Shown: one piece after another, positions 21,048 through 28,481 of the stretch | How positions within the stretch are numbered: position 1 is the first letter of the stretch | Layout of the letters: every line of letters begins with the position of its first letter | DNA from: a virus | Direction: 5' to 3' (one strand) | Length of the DNA stretch: 64,000 bases | IMG/VR virus record: IMGVR_UViG_3300042691_049879 | Coordinates: 4,801-68,800 of that record | Position numbers and translations under genes: made by a program | The notes under the pieces: generated by a model | Told to the model about the DNA's origin: nothing | What the model saw: only the letters and a program-made list of their open reading frames with translations | Databases searched by the model: none

Positions 21048-21542
21048 TTAACTAAATCTTCTATTAACTATTGGAAATCTAACTGCACCATATGGATTTT
21101 GATATTTTTTTTCATATAAAAGATTTCTTTTATACTTTGACTTTTTATTGGCAATATGATTTATTTTTTGTTTTTTTATCTTATCTAAGCTAATAGAATT
21201 GTCTGAACTAAGATTGAAATTTAATAAAGAAATTATTTCTCTATCAATTTCTTTTGCTATTTGTTCAGACAAAAGTTTTGTCAATTCTTCTTCAGCGCTA
21301 AATGTTTTAGGCTTATATGTTTCAATTAAAAGAAATCTTTTATATACATTATTTGACTTATAACTTAATTTTTCAAGTTCTTTTTCTGAATCAACACTAT
21401 AATATGAATGAACATCTTGAGCTAATTCAGGAGTCCATGTGCACTTTAATTTTCTTGGTTCTGAATTTACAACTACCGACTTTAACTGAAAAGTATAGTG
21501 TTTTTTTTCTAACAATAAAACTCTTAAATATTTTTTAGACAT
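21048..21542 (-). CDS. Small protein carrying gp23-like major capsid fragments
   Basis: VVVNSEPRKLKCTWTPELAQD..Y.SVD.EKEL and AEEELTKLLSEQIAKEIDREII; ATG at 21542 preferred to the track start. Confidence 0.7.
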   Translation of the reverse strand: MSKKYLRVLLLEKKHYTFQLKSVVVNSEPRKLKCTWTPELAQDVHSYYSVDSEKELEKLSYKSNNVYKRFLLIETYKPKTFSAEEELTKLLSEQIAKEIDREIISLLNFNLSSDNSISLDKIKKQKINHIANKKSKYKRNLLYEKKYQNPYGAVRFPIVNRRFS

Positions 21543-21609
21543 ATTACAATTATACGACAAAAATTAAAAAAATAAATATTTGCATATTTATTAAAAAAAA
21601 CAAAAAGAG

Positions 21610-21753
21610 ATGGCAAAAAAAATTAATAACAGTTCAGTTGGATTCATTAAAGCCAACAAAAGAAAAAGACCAGGAGTACACTCTAAGTGTAAAAATTCAA
21701 ATTTAAAAAGGTCTAAAAATTATTCAAAAAAATATAAAGGTCAAGGAAAGTAA
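21610..21753 (+). CDS. Small basic protein (47 aa, ...KRPGVHSK...KKYKGQGK)
   Basis: Below ORF-track cutoff; TATTTAT at 21585; K.Y.GQG C-terminus typical of T4-like small basic proteins. Confidence 0.7.
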   Translation: MAKKINNSSVGFIKANKRKRPGVHSKCKNSNLKRSKNYSKKYKGQGK

Positions 21754-22221
21754 TTGGAAAATTTAAGAAAAATAATTAGACAAATTTTAAAAGAATATGT
21801 TGAACATTCAACAGTATTGTCTAATTATGAATTTTACGCTTCTCCTTACGTAGTTTCAAAAATGCTTAATGACATAAGAAATGTTGGAAAACATTTAGAT
21901 TCTAACTTTCTAAAAAATATAGAAGGCTTACAAGTCCTTTCCATAAATGAAAGAGATGGTAAATTGGTTTGTGAAATAGGATATCCAGATGGAACAGTTG
22001 TACTATTTTATAAATCTGGGAGGGGTACTAGTGGTAAACAAAAAGGGTCCTGGTTTCCAATACCTGGTTTTACAAGAAATGCTTTTGAAAATCGTGGACA
22101 AATATTTCCAGAAGGTTGGTTTGTAAAAGGTTCTCTATCAGAAGTTTCTAATAGATACGGCAGTAGAGTTTTTAATTATACTGCCGATTATCTATTAGCT
22201 AATGAAAATGAAATTTTTTGA
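21754..22221 (+). CDS. Hypothetical protein with LRKIIRQILKE tag
   Basis: TTG start right after previous stop. Confidence 0.6.
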   Translation: MENLRKIIRQILKEYVEHSTVLSNYEFYASPYVVSKMLNDIRNVGKHLDSNFLKNIEGLQVLSINERDGKLVCEIGYPDGTVVLFYKSGRGTSGKQKGSWFPIPGFTRNAFENRGQIFPEGWFVKGSLSEVSNRYGSRVFNYTADYLLANENEIF

Positions 22222-22477
22222 CAAAAAACGAGCGTAACCCACATTCTGTTTTAATTCATCATTTATCTTTGCCGCCAACCCGACATCATAGAACAGCTCA
22301 CCTTCTCTGTCTGTTTGCGTTGCATCCTCGGCAGTAAAAGCGACTTGGTAAAGATTCGAACTTTACTATCCCTGCAAATGGGTTATTGCCAATTAATTTT
22401 ATCTAAGTCTCCTGCCTTAAGCTGTGATGTGTGGAGTTTCCTCTCTTTCGAGCGATGAATCCTCTTTTTTCTGTCAA
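22216..22477 (-). ncRNA. rnpB: RNase P RNA, compact, with S-domain replaced by a tRNA-like element
   Basis: GAGGAAACUCCACA pairs with ACAGAAUGUGGGUUA (P4 with bulged U); P1 end pairing; P2 GAUUCAUCG/UGAUGAAUU; P3 CUCGAAAGAG; P5 CAUC/GAUG followed by CAA; P6 ACAGC/GCUGU; P7 GGCAG/CUGCC; P16 GACA/UGUC; L15 GGU. Confidence 0.88.
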
Positions 22478-22486
22478 ATATTTATA

Positions 22487-22894
22487 TTATGCTAAAACTT
22501 CTTCAGCCACTTTTCTTACCTCAGAATTATCTGCTTTTCCCTGAAACTTTTTATTGAACGCTCCCATAATCATTCCAATATTATTAGCGCCATCATTAAC
22601 AATAATTTCAACTTCTTTTCTCACTTCTTCTGTTGTCATTAATTTAGGCAAATAATCATTTAGTATATTAAGTTGAAATTCAGATTCAACGTCTCCAGAC
22701 TTAATTGATTCTTTAAGAGATTTTTCAACTTTCTTTAAAATGCTCATAACATTTTCGTCAGTTGATTCAACTCCTCTTCCTTCAGCATTTTGAATTTCAC
22801 CTTTAATAACTCCAAGAAAATTCTTTTTTTCCATTTCTTTGCTCTTAAAGGCTGTCATAAAATCTTGATTGATTTTTTCTTTTAAAGTTGTCAT
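22487..22894 (-). CDS. GatB/YqeY domain protein
   Basis: LKEKINQDFMTAFKSK...YLPKLMT.EE...MGAFNKKFQGKAD. Confidence 0.85.
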   Translation of the reverse strand: MTTLKEKINQDFMTAFKSKEMEKKNFLGVIKGEIQNAEGRGVESTDENVMSILKKVEKSLKESIKSGDVESEFQLNILNDYLPKLMTTEEVRKEVEIIVNDGANNIGMIMGAFNKKFQGKADNSEVRKVAEEVLA

Positions 22895-22966
22895 AATATT
22901 TTTTTACTAATTAATTTTTATAATACAAATTTAAACATAAAATTGCAGAACAAAAAATTTTAATTG

Positions 22967-23038
22967 AGACAGCGAAGAGAATCGAACTCTTCTAAATGGG
23001 TTTGCAATCCATCACCTCTGCCGCTCGGTCACGCTGTC
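22967..23038 (-). tRNA. tRNA-Cys(GCA)
   Basis: Cloverleaf; loop UUGCAAA; U73. Confidence 0.9.
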
Positions 23039-23043
23039 ATTAT

Positions 23044-23121
23044 TGGAGCCTTATGAGGGACTCAAACCCCCGACCTGCTGAGTACAAATCAGCTGCTCTA
23101 AGTCAACTGAGCTAATAAGGC
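23044..23121 (-). tRNA. tRNA-Thr(UGU), CCA encoded
   Basis: GCUGA-UUUGUAC-UCAGC. Confidence 0.9.
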
Positions 23122-23131
23122 ATTATATATG

Positions 23132-23205
23132 TACTCCCAGAAAGATTCAAACTTTCAACCTCCGAATCCGTAGTTCGGCACTCTATTCAATTGAGCTATA
23201 GGAGC
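23132..23205 (-). tRNA. tRNA-Arg(ACG)
   Basis: CCGAA-CUACGGA-UUCGG. Confidence 0.9.
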
Positions 23206-23213
23206 ATTTATTG

Positions 23214-23287
23214 TACGCCTAAGTGGAATTGAACCACTGACCTCTTGATTATCAGTCAAGTGCTCTAACCAACTGAGCTATAGGCGT
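23214..23287 (-). tRNA. tRNA-Ile(GAU)
   Basis: CUUGA-CUGAUAA-UCAAG. Confidence 0.92.
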
Positions 23288-23293
23288 ATGTTG

Positions 23294-23366
23294 CGCACCA
23301 GGCAAGATTCGAACTCGCAACTACTAGTTTTGGAGGCTAGTACCCATACCATAGGGTCTCTGATGC
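23294..23366 (-). tRNA. tRNA-Trp(CCA)
   Basis: Loop CUCCAAA, G73, T-arm GUUCGAAUC. Confidence 0.85.
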
Positions 23367-23450
23367 ATTTTGTAGCTCAAACAAACATTTAATTAAGCTC
23401 AACTTAAAATATTAATGAGCTTTAAATATTACTTTTTGAGCTGTATTTTG

Positions 23451-23523
23451 AGCAAGAGATGGGGTTCAAACCCACGGCCTTCTGAGTGGAAGTCAGATGC
23501 TCTATCAACTGAGCTACTCTTGC
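23451..23523 (-). tRNA. tRNA-Gly(UCC)
   Basis: UCUGA-CUUCCAC-UCAGA, U73. Confidence 0.9.
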
Positions 23524-23531
23524 ATATGTTG

Positions 23532-23609
23532 TGGGGATAGAAGGACTCGAACCTCCGTGTGGTATGCTTGATTTACAGTCAAGTGCAGTCGCCGCTGTGC
23601 CATATCCCC
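23532..23609 (-). tRNA. tRNA-Tyr(GUA)
   Basis: CUUGA-CUGUAAA-UCAAG. Confidence 0.9.
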
Positions 23610-23666
23610 ATTTTCCGATTTTCTTTAATTTTCAGTTTGCGGTATCGGACTACCATTTCTGCTACG

Positions 23667-23792
23667 TGGACGGAGCTAGATTCGAACTAACATTAACCAT
23701 TTAGGTGTTTAGTGTACTGCTAAACTTGCTTGCCGACAATCGAGGTTTGGAATAGGCGATAATCCAAACTGACATGCCATTGCCATCCGTCC
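23667..23792 (-). ncRNA. Oversized tRNA-like RNA (126 nt) with extra arms
   Basis: Acceptor GGACGGA/UCCGUCC-A, T-arm GUUAG-UUCGAAU-CUAGC, D-like arm, three internal hairpins, no canonical anticodon loop. Confidence 0.65.
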
Positions 23793-23795
23793 TTA

Positions 23796-23872
23796 TGGTG
23801 GAGCTGGGCGGGCTCAAACCGCCGACCCCTGCAGTGCAAGTGCAGTGCTCTAGTCAACTGAGCTACAACCCC
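23796..23872 (-). tRNA. tRNA-Ala(UGC), CCA encoded
   Basis: G3-U70 pair; loop CUUGCAC. Confidence 0.92.
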
Positions 23873-23885
23873 ATAATAATTAAAA

Positions 23886-24804
23886 GCTTGAGACTACAGC
23901 TTTTGCAACAATACTTTCATCCTTACATTCCTTTAAGTGCTACCTTATTGGTTTGAGATTTATCCACAGTGTCCCTTTCAGGTATCTGTATATTGTCATC
24001 GCTGCCTTTTTTGAAGAGTGGCATTTCTCTTATCAATACTAACTACTCGACATTTCGAATCATCACCTGTCTTGCGGACATTAATTACGCTTTTAACGCT
24101 TATTAGAAAATCTTCTACTTTATCAAACGACTTTCCCTTGCGAGGTCCATCGCTCCTGTTATCTTAAAGACCAGGAATTAAGCGACTTTTCGTTTAGTAT
24201 TTGTTCCAGACTTTTGCTTTTAATTTGCTTGATGAAGGAGTTGAACCTTCGACCTATTGTTTAAGAGACAATCACTCTACCAACTGAGTTAATCTAGCTT
24301 TTTTACCTACTAAGTTGTGCTGGAACCATTGCTTCATTCTCTTTTGAAGAACAAAATACAACACAACTCTATGCGTTTCGGCTTGCGGCCTACTGTACAG
24401 AAATTAACTTTAATTTTCATCAAAGCTTATTCAAGATTACTACGACAACTTTAACATCATCGCCTCACCTCTCATTCTGGAGTCTAGCCCTTGATTTGCG
24501 GTCTCGAACAGTACTCCTACACCTTATCCATACTCTAGACTACGTGACTTGGATATGATAGATAACGCATCCCTGCATCTATTTGTGTCCAGCATCGCCT
24601 AACACTTATCCTTTCCAAAGGACTATCTAATCACTTACGCCTTTCACTCCGCTTGGTTACGAAGTCTGCTGTTGGCAGCAGGGGACGGTGCTTGCTTGAA
24701 TTGACCATAAAATGGCGGGTAGTTGTAGGCAACTTTCCCCTTCACATCATTGCTGATGTTTATCTTTCTTCGTGACGCCATAAGACATCACAACCTTCTC
24801 AAGC
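23886..24804 (-). ncRNA. Large ornate ncRNA, GOLLD-like (~920 nt)
   Basis: ORF-free and GC-elevated; 5' GCUUGAGA pairs with 3' UCUCAAGC; several GCAA tetraloop hairpins on the minus strand; lies in a tRNA operon and contains a tRNA. Confidence 0.65.
24226..24298 (-). tRNA. tRNA-Lys(CUU) embedded in the large ncRNA
   Basis: AUUGU-CUCUUAA-ACAAU; one acceptor mismatch. Confidence 0.85.
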
Positions 24805-24844
24805 AAAGGTAATTTTTTTAATATTTCAAAGAACTTATTTTCAG

Positions 24845-24920
24845 TAGGGTAGACAGGGCTCGAACCTGCAGTAATGTCCTCATCCCAAATGAGGCGACTT
24901 GCCAATTAGTCTACTACCCT
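24845..24920 (-). tRNA. tRNA-Pro(UGG)
   Basis: CCUCA-UUUGGGA-UGAGG. Confidence 0.88.
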
Positions 24921-24966
24921 ATTTTTCAAATTATGAAAGCTCGTTTGCTTCCTAAAGTTTTGACAC

Positions 24967-25064
24967 AAAAAAACCCGAATCTTTTTTATGGATTCGGGTG
25001 TGTTCTAGTTTGATATATATTTGTTTAACTTAACTAATCAATACTATTGTGAATTAACACACCC
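24967..25064 (-). promoter_or_regulatory. Attenuator 1 (terminator plus antiterminator) before tRNA operon 1
   Basis: Terminator CCCGAAUC/GAUUCGGG-U7 (24967-24998); GGGUGUGUU (25056-25064) can pair with AACACACCC (24996-25004). Confidence 0.8.
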
Positions 25065-25141
25065 ATACCATCCCAACGATACGCGGGACAAATCCCCGTC
25101 GCTGTCGGTCTAATATTCTTATATGTGTTAATTGTTTTCAT
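25034..25141 (-). CDS. Leader peptide 1 (MKTINTYKNIRPTATGICPAYRWDGMGVLIHNSID)
   Basis: 35-aa ORF between the TACATTTG promoter (25197-25204) and the terminator; codons match downstream tRNAs. Confidence 0.8.
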   Translation of the reverse strand: MKTINTYKNIRPTATGICPAYRWDGMGVLIHNSID

Positions 25142-25344
25142 TTTGTTTTTAGTTTAAATATAATTAAAAAATCTTTTTTCTAATTTTGTAACGTTGCAAA
25201 TGTAAGAAAATTACACAAAAAACAAAACATTTTTTTAATTTTTTTTTCACTTTTTTTATAAAGTGCTGATAATCAATAAGATATTTTTTAAAATTTTTTT
25301 TTTATTTTTCATAAAAAATATTAAAATAAAATATATTTATTTTT

Positions 25345-25773
25345 ATGAATAAGCAAGAGTTAAGAAAATTAATAAGAGAATCTTTTGGAAATGATTCTCA
25401 AATATATGTTACTGAAGGAATAGAAGTTGATGCATATTTAAGTTCTACAATTAATCCAGATGACTACTATACTAACAAAAGTAAAGCTACAATATATTGG
25501 ATTATTGATATGGAAAATAAAAGTTTTGGTATAAAAGAATTCTTTCCAGTAATAAAAAAAATAGATTTAAATTTAGAAATTTGGAGAGAAGAAAATCAAG
25601 AATACGAAACAATAAAAAAAGTATTTGATAATATAAGTGCAGCAGACGGAGGTACAATAGAAGATTTTAAGTTGACAATCACAAAAACATGTGATAGAGG
25701 TCATATTTATCCTACTGATTTATTGATGGATGAAGGAAATAAAACAATAGAAATAAGTTTTGATATGCCATAA
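25345..25773 (+). CDS. Hypothetical protein with ELRKLIRES tag
   Basis: TATTTAT at 25334. Confidence 0.65.
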   Translation: MNKQELRKLIRESFGNDSQIYVTEGIEVDAYLSSTINPDDYYTNKSKATIYWIIDMENKSFGIKEFFPVIKKIDLNLEIWREENQEYETIKKVFDNISAADGGTIEDFKLTITKTCDRGHIYPTDLLMDEGNKTIEISFDMP

Positions 25774-25879
25774 TTATTTGCCATGAAAAAGAAAGACGAA
25801 GAATTCGATGATTACGATTGGTTCAATGAACAAAGTATTTGAAGATACGGTTTAGGACCGTTATAGTTTCGGCTATACA

Positions 25880-25920
25880 GGCCATCTAAAGCTCGCTACT
25901 ATTAGATGGCCTTTTTTTTT
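25880..25920 (+). terminator. Intrinsic terminator
   Basis: ggccatctaa...ttagatggcc followed by a T-tract. Confidence 0.75.
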
Positions 25921-25946
25921 GATATTTATTAATATAATATACAAAC

Positions 25947-26630
25947 ATGTTAAAGGAAAATTACATAAAAAGATTAAAGGAATTAGCTGGTATTATTTCT
26001 GAAAATAATATAGAAGAAAAAAATGAATTAAATGATTTAATCTATAGTAATGAGGTATTTTTAAGTGAAAATGAAAAATTTAGAAAATACTTTAAAGGCA
26101 TACAAATAAACGACTATAAAAACAAAACATTTCCAGAAAATAATTCTGAAAAAACAAGAGAAGAATTATTGAAAATAAAAGCCCTAAAAGCAGATGAGGA
26201 ATTTATAAGAGAACATGATAATATATATTATGTATTTAAAAAATATTTTGAAGAAAACAATTTAGATTTTCCAAAACTTTTAGTTAAAGATTTAATAGAG
26301 GCTTCAAGATATTTCTTGATGAAACTTAAATATCATTATAAAAGACCAAGACCATATCAAATAGCAAAAAAGATGGATATAAACTTAAATTCAATTAGAC
26401 TTAGTTCGGCTAAATCTCCATCTTTTCCTTCTGGACACGCTTCTCAATCAAATTTAATAGCCTATGTGCTTTCTGATATGTTCCCAAAGCATGAAGACAA
26501 ATTGATGAAAATAGCAGACAATATCTCAAAAAGCAGAATGATGGCAAAAGTCCATTTTCCAAGCGATATAGAATATGGTGAAAAAATAGCAAAAGACCTA
26601 TTTAAACAATATAAGAAGAACAATAAATAA
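25947..26630 (+). CDS. PAP2-superfamily phosphatase / vanadium haloperoxidase-like protein
   Basis: KYHYKRPRP, SPSFPSGHA, SRMMAKVHFPSD. Confidence 0.85.
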   Translation: MLKENYIKRLKELAGIISENNIEEKNELNDLIYSNEVFLSENEKFRKYFKGIQINDYKNKTFPENNSEKTREELLKIKALKADEEFIREHDNIYYVFKKYFEENNLDFPKLLVKDLIEASRYFLMKLKYHYKRPRPYQIAKKMDINLNSIRLSSAKSPSFPSGHASQSNLIAYVLSDMFPKHEDKLMKIADNISKSRMMAKVHFPSDIEYGEKIAKDLFKQYKKNNK

Positions 26631-26666
26631 GAAAAAAAATAATATTTATCAATATAATATTTAAAC

Positions 26667-27110
26667 ATGAGAAAAGAAAAACTACGTATGAAAATGCTTT
26701 CAGGTATTATCACAGAAAGTGAATACAAAGCAAAATTAGAAGAAAATTATGATGCAAATTCTATTGGTTCAGAAATAGATGAGTGGATTGAAGCTAATAG
26801 TGATTATATATCAAAGTATAGTTTAGAAGATAAAGTAAAAGAATTATTAGGAATTGATTCTGAAATAACATCAACAGAAGAGATAGAAGAGGATAAAGGA
26901 GGGAGAATGTATGGTGAAAATTGGGACAAGAAATTGATTACAATTAAACTAAATGGTCAAGATTTAGTGAAAGTTTGGACAGATTCAAATGGAAGATTTG
27001 CTTTTGGAAAGAGTAGTATACATTTTGATGATTTGCCAAAAGATAAAATAGTTTCAGCACCTTATGGTGGTGGTGCTCGTTTTTATTTTGACAGAAGCTT
27101 ATTAAATTAA
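26667..27110 (+). CDS. Hypothetical protein with RMKMLSGIITE tag
   Basis: TATTTAT at 26643. Confidence 0.65.
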   Translation: MRKEKLRMKMLSGIITESEYKAKLEENYDANSIGSEIDEWIEANSDYISKYSLEDKVKELLGIDSEITSTEEIEEDKGGRMYGENWDKKLITIKLNGQDLVKVWTDSNGRFAFGKSSIHFDDLPKDKIVSAPYGGGARFYFDRSLLN

Positions 27111-27167
27111 CCTAAAAACGTGCCTTCTTCTGAAGCACCAAGACAAAAAAACCTAGAATTTCTAATT

Positions 27168-28184
27168 ATGAACAATAAAATTTTATTAGAACACGATAAT
27201 GTTATAGATGAAATTATTTCATTATTTGCATTAAATGAGGCTGGTATACCAGATAACCCTTCTGATACTTATGTGTGGGATATTGCAAAAGAAAAAGTAG
27301 AAAAGGCCACTAATAAAATTGATAATAAAGAAAGGGCTATTTTGTTTGTGGAAAAATTTTTACAAAAGGCAAAAATGTTGCCTAAAAAAATAAAGGTTAG
27401 ATTAACAAAGTATGTATTAACTGGTCTTTTAGGATTATTGTCAATGACAACAATCAATAACCTTTTAAATAACGAAGTTCCAGAAGTAAAAAACGACATA
27501 ATCAATCAACTTTCCGTTATAACAACAAATTTTGAAAAAGAAAAAAAAGATTATAAACAAGATAAAGAAGTTGAACAATCATATTATTTTAAAACTCCAA
27601 AAAAAGTTTCAGATAATTTGATAGAATTTTTAAAAAAAACAGAAGGTTATAGGTCAATAGGATATATTGTAAAATCGAATAATGGTAGAGACGATGGAAT
27701 GATAACGATTGGTCATGGACATGCGGAACCAAAAAGAAAATCAAAATACAAAGTTGGACAAAGAATCTCAAAAGAGGAAGCTGAAAAACTTTTGAGGCAA
27801 GACCTTAAAGATGCAGAAAAAGCAGTTAATGATATTTTTGAAAAATGGGACAAAGAAGGAATACCATATCAATTAGACCAGAATATGTATGATGCGATGG
27901 TTTCTATAGCGTTTAATAGAGGAAGAGGAAATTTATGGAACTCAGAATTTGTAGCATTAATTAAACAAGGTAAATATATAGAAGCTAAAGAAGAAATAAA
28001 AAATATGAGTAAACATAAATATGCAGAATTTCCTGGATTAAAAACTAGAAGATATGAAGAAGCGGAAATGTTTGGAAAAAATCTTGATAAAGTACTTGCT
28101 TTACTAAAAGACGTTTCTAAAAATAATAATACTATTTCTGAATCATATAAATTAAGACTCAAAACTTTAGCTGGCATTTTATAA
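27168..28184 (+). CDS. GH24 phage lysozyme domain protein, possibly virion-associated
   Basis: LKKTEG...TIGHGH...ISKEEAEKLL..DL...QNMYDAMVSIAFNRG...GLKTRRYEE; ATG at 27168 preferred. Confidence 0.85.
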   Translation: MNNKILLEHDNVIDEIISLFALNEAGIPDNPSDTYVWDIAKEKVEKATNKIDNKERAILFVEKFLQKAKMLPKKIKVRLTKYVLTGLLGLLSMTTINNLLNNEVPEVKNDIINQLSVITTNFEKEKKDYKQDKEVEQSYYFKTPKKVSDNLIEFLKKTEGYRSIGYIVKSNNGRDDGMITIGHGHAEPKRKSKYKVGQRISKEEAEKLLRQDLKDAEKAVNDIFEKWDKEGIPYQLDQNMYDAMVSIAFNRGRGNLWNSEFVALIKQGKYIEAKEEIKNMSKHKYAEFPGLKTRRYEEAEMFGKNLDKVLALLKDVSKNNNTISESYKLRLKTLAGIL

Positions 28185-28232
28185 ATAAAAACTATTTATA
28201 TAAAACAAAAACAAACACAAAAACAAACAATT

Positions 28233-28481
28233 ATGAAAAATTTTTTATTAAACATGTTAAGCTCTGAAGGAAAGACATCTTCTAAAAGATTTATTACTTT
28301 TCTAGCCTTTGGACTAATATCAATCGGCTTTTTAGTTGATTTATTTACCAATTTAACAATATCAGAACAAGTGTATTCAGGTGTTGAATATATAGTTATA
28401 GCTGGTCTTGGGTTTACTGCATCTGAAAATTTTGTTGGATGGAAAAGAGCATCAAAAGGAAAAAGTGATGTGGAGGGTTAA
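28233..28481 (+). CDS. Holin-like membrane protein (2 TM)
   Basis: SSKRF followed by two hydrophobic helices; adjacent to lysozyme. Confidence 0.55.
   Translation: MKNFLLNMLSSEGKTSSKRFITFLAFGLISIGFLVDLFTNLTISEQVYSGVEYIVIAGLGFTASENFVGWKRASKGKSDVEG

Noticed and set aside
20665-21560. True major capsid gene, or its simple pseudogene
   Set aside because: The pieces are short, out of order and separated by a repeated foreign linker in intact small ORFs.
24960-25200. T-box riboswitch as the tRNA-sensing leader
   Set aside because: No UGGNACC T-box bulge or stem I motifs; a translated leader explains the region better.
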